Assembly: GCA_038087875.1 (NCBI GenBank)
Contig: CM075990.1
Location: forward strand, 1,862,001-1,926,000
DNA length: 64,000 nucleotides
Origin: Malacoraja senta
Lineage: Eukaryota
Direction of reading: 5' to 3'
Program-made: the position numbers and the translations under genes
Notes under the pieces: generated by a model
Told to the model about the DNA's origin: nothing
The model's database searches: none
Seen by the model: the letters and a program-made list of their open reading frames with translations, nothing else
Part shown: one piece after another, positions 63,223-64,000 of the stretch
Layout: every line of letters begins with the position of its first letter
Numbering within the stretch: position 1 is the first letter of the stretch

Positions 63223-64000
63223 CTCTCTCCCACCCTTCCCTTTCAGATCTGCGAAGCACATACCACTAGCTGCACTATCGCTGCGGCCAATTCACATGCC
63301 ATTCCCACTGCAAGCATCAGCTGCATCAGGAGGACAGGCCCCCAGTGTAAGTGAACGGGCAACCAGACAAAGACACAGTGAGAAGCCGGGAGGGATGGCT
63401 GATTGAAGCCCATGCACAATAGACAAGGAGGGAGGGCCAGCCAAATGTATTCGGTATTGTGATTGGCAAGAGGGATGGTGTATTGAAGTGTATTGGCAGG
63501 GAGGACAGCCTATTCTGATCGACAGGATGGCCGATTAAGTCAGACTTGGCCGCGGAAGGACGAAGAACAACTTCTAATCCACTAAAACTCACACACGGAA
63601 TTTAAAATATGCATTTTAAGCTTCTATTGCTGTTGAAGAGTTTCAGTGAATGCCAAGATCCACCAGGTACTCACTGGTTTCTGACACTCTGAAAAGACAT
63701 TTGGACAGAAATATTGACAAAGGGTTTAGAGGACTGTGGGCCAAATGAGCCCAGTTTACCAACTTGCTTGGCAAGGCCAACTTATAACATGTTGGATGAC
63801 TACAACACCATAACTATCCTGGAATCCCAGGATGGACATGATTCCATTCACGGGTCCAGGCAGAGGGCAGTCGATGGCCGCACAGGAGTCGGCTGCCTGC
63901 CCCTTTTCCGGGGTTACGTCCGTGCCCACATGTCCCCGGAGAGGGAACACACGGTGTGCACGGGGACGCTAGAAGGCTTCCGCGGACGTTGGTCGCCGCG

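Overview
This is a repeat-dense vertebrate genomic window, very probably from a cartilaginous fish (skate/ray-like). That assignment is inferred from abundant HE1-type V-SINEs and HER1-type CR1 LINEs. Bases 1-27.3 kb are a nested transposon stack. A degenerate class-I (gamma/epsilon-like) endogenous retrovirus (ERV-A, + strand) is split inside pol by a second, pol-deleted provirus (ERV-B, - strand, 859-24789, ATGC TSD, tRNA-Pro PBS, PPT). ERV-B itself holds a 5'-truncated L1 and two CR1 pieces. Its 5' LTR holds a 9-kb hAT element (containing a full-length L1) and a Rex1 fragment. Both ERVs lack env but share a splice-acceptor-like signal followed by a homologous ~50-codon frame. Bases 27-39 kb hold old CR1 copies, one interrupted by a FLYWCH-MULE DNA transposon with ~480-bp tandem-repeat TIRs that itself contains a Rex1/Babar LINE. 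An intronless TIMM8B-like gene lies at 39986-40240, followed by a 200-N gap and a Gypsy gag-pro fragment. Bases 43.4-60.9 kb carry exons of a SUN1/SUN2-like gene on the - strand. Its SUN-domain exons are intact, but one exon is truncated and the next is missing at a CR1 insertion, and one splice acceptor is split by a Rex1 tail. A near full-length CR1 sits in an intron. Penelope-derived tails with minimal hammerhead-ribozyme-like cores and palindromic derivatives are scattered throughout. All alignments and counts were made by eye; no database searches were run.
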